Position numbers and translations under genes: made by a program
Shown here: piece after piece, positions 61,671 through 64,000 of the stretch
Layout of the letters: every line of letters starts with the position of its first letter
Position numbering within the stretch: position 1 is the stretch's first letter
The notes under the pieces: generated by a model
Databases searched by the model: none
Told to the model about the DNA's origin: nothing
The model's input: the letters and a program-made list of their open reading frames with translations, nothing else
From: a virus
Lineage: Duplodnaviria; Heunggongvirae; Uroviricota; Caudoviricetes
IMG/VR virus record: IMGVR_UViG_3300000976_000008
Coordinates: 207,223 to 271,222 of that record
Length of the DNA stretch: 64,000 nucleotides
Reading direction: 5' to 3' (one strand)

Positions 61671-62533
61671 CTTTTAGCTTCTAGAGATCTTTGGGCTATT
61701 AGGTCGCCAATTGATTGTTGGGCTACTTCTAAGCTGCTTGGCAAGCTGAGATCGACGGAAAACCATTCTTTATGTTCGCCATAATGCATTTCGTCGATGA
61801 CTAATTTATTGTCCAGTATCGACATCATCATGACTGTTTGTGGGGCGGCAAGAATCGGAACAGAAATCACTACTTTTTCTGATTCAACAGTGGTAGTTGT
61901 TGTTCCTACTCCACCATTAAATTTGTTCAACAATTCTTTGCAGATGAATGTGTCTTTTGAGCCGGTATATTTAGCGAATTTCTCTACGCTAAATTTCGCG
62001 ATAGTCTCAATTGTGCTGCTTCTGCTGAGATATAGGCCAATGTAGCCGAAAATGTTGGCTAAAAAGAGAATGATTCCCCAAACCACCATCCCACTCATAA
62101 TGACCATGATGATCGCGGCGAATTCGAACAATGGAACTGAAATCCAATGTATGATTCGCATGATTTTATGGATGGTGGATTGTGGCTGTACGATCATAGA
62201 TCGCCAGGTTTTTACGATCTGATATCGTTTTTCTTCCAACTCATCCTTATTAGCGTCACTCGGAGTGAAATTAAGAGTAAGTTTATAGCTCCACACAGTT
62301 ATGTTGACGATGAGCATCCAGATACCGAATAGAACAGTGCTAGATAGCACTAGATTCGATGCCCAATTACCTAATGGCTCTCCAAACATTTCTTGGTACA
62401 GGACATAGATACAAGCTGCCGACACAGATACTATTACTGTGGGTGCGGTCAATCGACGATACCAGGGTATTTCAGATCGTACTGAATTTACCCAACGCCA
62501 TTGAGCATCTGTAAGTTCTTTTTTAACTTCCAC
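61667..62533 (-). CDS. Multi-pass membrane protein with a family B-like C-terminus
   Basis: About four hydrophobic segments; VDLSLPSSL tail. Confidence 0.7.
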   Translation of the reverse strand: MEVKKELTDAQWRWVNSVRSEIPWYRRLTAPTVIVSVSAACIYVLYQEMFGEPLGNWASNLVLSSTVLFGIWMLIVNITVWSYKLTLNFTPSDANKDELEEKRYQIVKTWRSMIVQPQSTIHKIMRIIHWISVPLFEFAAIIMVIMSGMVVWGIILFLANIFGYIGLYLSRSSTIETIAKFSVEKFAKYTGSKDTFICKELLNKFNGGVGTTTTTVESEKVVISVPILAAPQTVMMMSILDNKLVIDEMHYGEHKEWFSVDLSLPSSLEVAQQSIGDLIAQRSLEAKS

Positions 62534-63101
62534 TGAGCAGATCTCCTATCCCTTTTACCACTTCTCTTTGATTCAAGAAAGTGACTCTTTTTTCTTTACC
62601 AATTTTGACAATGAATTCATCGGTCTCGGAGTCGTATCTTGCTAGCCGAGTATAGTTATTTCCATTTAGGAAAAACCTCAATTTTACACGCAACTGTACG
62701 TTACTGTCAGGACTCTCTATCTCATTGACAGTTGCTGCAATTGGTGTCGCCGAGACACAGATTGCAGGTCGGAAGGTTACTGTGCCATAATTGATTGTCG
62801 ATTTCCGTTTTATTGCTACTCGTCTATCAATTTCAGCTTTTAATAGCTTTCCGACCTTTGTGCATTTCTTACCATTTCGAGATTGTAAAAATTGCTCCCA
62901 ATAGACCTGTACCGGTGAATCATAATAAGTTCCAAGATCTCGAATTCTCACTGCTATACATTGAGGCATTTTGCCTTTGACAGCTTTTGCTACAACAGCA
63001 TTGACTGCAGCGATACTAACCGTCACAGTGTGAAGTTTCCCAAGTGTCATAGCTTGAGTGATTAAAGGGAATTTGATTGTGTCTGTATCATTCTGGGGCA
63101 T
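62523..63101 (-). CDS. Basic hypothetical protein
   Basis: 192-aa coupled ORF. Confidence 0.65.
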   Translation of the reverse strand: MPQNDTDTIKFPLITQAMTLGKLHTVTVSIAAVNAVVAKAVKGKMPQCIAVRIRDLGTYYDSPVQVYWEQFLQSRNGKKCTKVGKLLKAEIDRRVAIKRKSTINYGTVTFRPAICVSATPIAATVNEIESPDSNVQLRVKLRFFLNGNNYTRLARYDSETDEFIVKIGKEKRVTFLNQREVVKGIGDLLSGS

Positions 63102-63528
63102 TTTTACCTGATTCCTGCATCAATTTGTTTAAATGCATCGAACGGATACCATTCTGCAAAGATGCTCTAAGGTTCTTGAAAAAATCAGGATCAGCAATTT
63201 TCAAGTGTGAATCTGGATTATCCAGCATAAGACTAGCCCAATCGGTTATGACTAGTTCATCTTCTTCAACCCTCAATTCAATTGTCAGTTTCTGAGGGGA
63301 TTGTAAGAAGATTCGAAAACCTGTAGCAGCTTCTTCCGTTAGAATAGCTGTAGTGATAGATGAGTGTAAACTCTTCTGCCTCTTGAACCAGACAATCACG
63401 CTTTTCAATATTGAGTGGTCAAAAGCATCTGACTCATCAGTTTCATCCCGAACGATGAGAGGCATGAAAGTCTTTCGATAGTAAGAAGAATATGTCTGGG
63501 TCTGAAATATGATACTCAGCCCCCTCAT
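63088..63528 (-). CDS. Paralogue family B protein (start probably 63465)
   Basis: HLKIADPDFFKNL. Confidence 0.65.
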   Translation of the reverse strand: MRGLSIIFQTQTYSSYYRKTFMPLIVRDETDESDAFDHSILKSVIVWFKRQKSLHSSITTAILTEEAATGFRIFLQSPQKLTIELRVEEDELVITDWASLMLDNPDSHLKIADPDFFKNLRASLQNGIRSMHLNKLMQESGKNAPE

Positions 63529-63940
63529 GTTTCAACACATCCTTAACCATTGTAAACTTCGCGTATCCTTCTACGGAACCATCAAAGGTCCAATATATCT
63601 GCCACCAGGTGCTAGTAAAGATTTTGCAGTTAAAATGGCCACCTACCCTTTGCCAGAGCAATGATAAGATCGACAGGTAAAGCGGATTCTCTGATGGGCC
63701 AATAACATCTTCGAAGCTTCCAATAATTGGACCACGAATGGTTAAGTCTTCCCACTTGCCATTATCCTCGAAAGGCGACTGAGTAACGGCACTGGTCGAT
63801 ACGAGATTGCAATCTGAAAGAAGATACGATTGCAACTTAAACAGCGGAGTGCGATTGGGATCACCAAGACGGCCCATACGACTCCGCATGTTGGCTATCG
63901 TATCTTCCATCTTTTGAGATATGATTGCATACTTAATCAC
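63443..63940 (-). CDS. Paralogue family B protein
   Basis: EYHISDPDIFFLL. Confidence 0.65.
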   Translation of the reverse strand: MIKYAIISQKMEDTIANMRSRMGRLGDPNRTPLFKLQSYLLSDCNLVSTSAVTQSPFEDNGKWEDLTIRGPIIGSFEDVIGPSENPLYLSILSLLWQRVGGHFNCKIFTSTWWQIYWTFDGSVEGYAKFTMVKDVLKHEGAEYHISDPDIFFLLSKDFHASHRSG

Positions 63941-64000
63941 TTCAACAGATCCTCAATCGTTGGGAATTCCAGGCTGTCGAGCCATGCGACCACTTTTGCC

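Noticed and set aside
1-64000. Stop-codon reassignment (alternative genetic code)
   Set aside because: Long enzymes are uninterrupted, and TAA, TAG and TGA all end genes that couple neatly to the next start

Overview
Fragment of a large (jumbo-type) dsDNA phage genome. It has roughly 110 tightly packed, mostly minus-strand genes, most of them small and hypothetical. I found no structural, rRNA, CRISPR or transposase genes. Recognisable products are: a NADAR hydrolase, a DUF932 protein, an SF2 helicase, a GHKL ATPase with a C-terminal HExxH, a DMP19/DUF4375-like DNA mimic, an ATP-dependent ligase-type nucleotidyltransferase, an HNH protein, a Planctomycete/Verrucomicrobia-type conserved protein (suggesting a PVC host), NAD-dependent LigA, a TraR/DksA zinc finger, a MoxR AAA+ with a vWA-metallopeptidase, a methyltransferase and a glycosyltransferase-like protein. 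Four things stand out. (1) A five-gene module at 48.0-54.6 kb: pseudokinase, vWA, divergent PurA-like enzyme (not PurZ), SAM-like protein and Pol-beta nucleotidyltransferase. (2) About 25 copies of a fixed-spacing element TTAAC-N13/14-YYGYAACA-N6-YA, oriented with the downstream gene. It is probably a phage-specific or ECF-like promoter, and one pair forms an identical 32-bp direct repeat around a single gene. (3) Two large families of diverged small paralogues, about 20-26 members each. (4) Three tandem tRNA-shaped RNAs whose anticodon arms are all non-canonical. All family calls come from motif recognition by eye; no searches were run.
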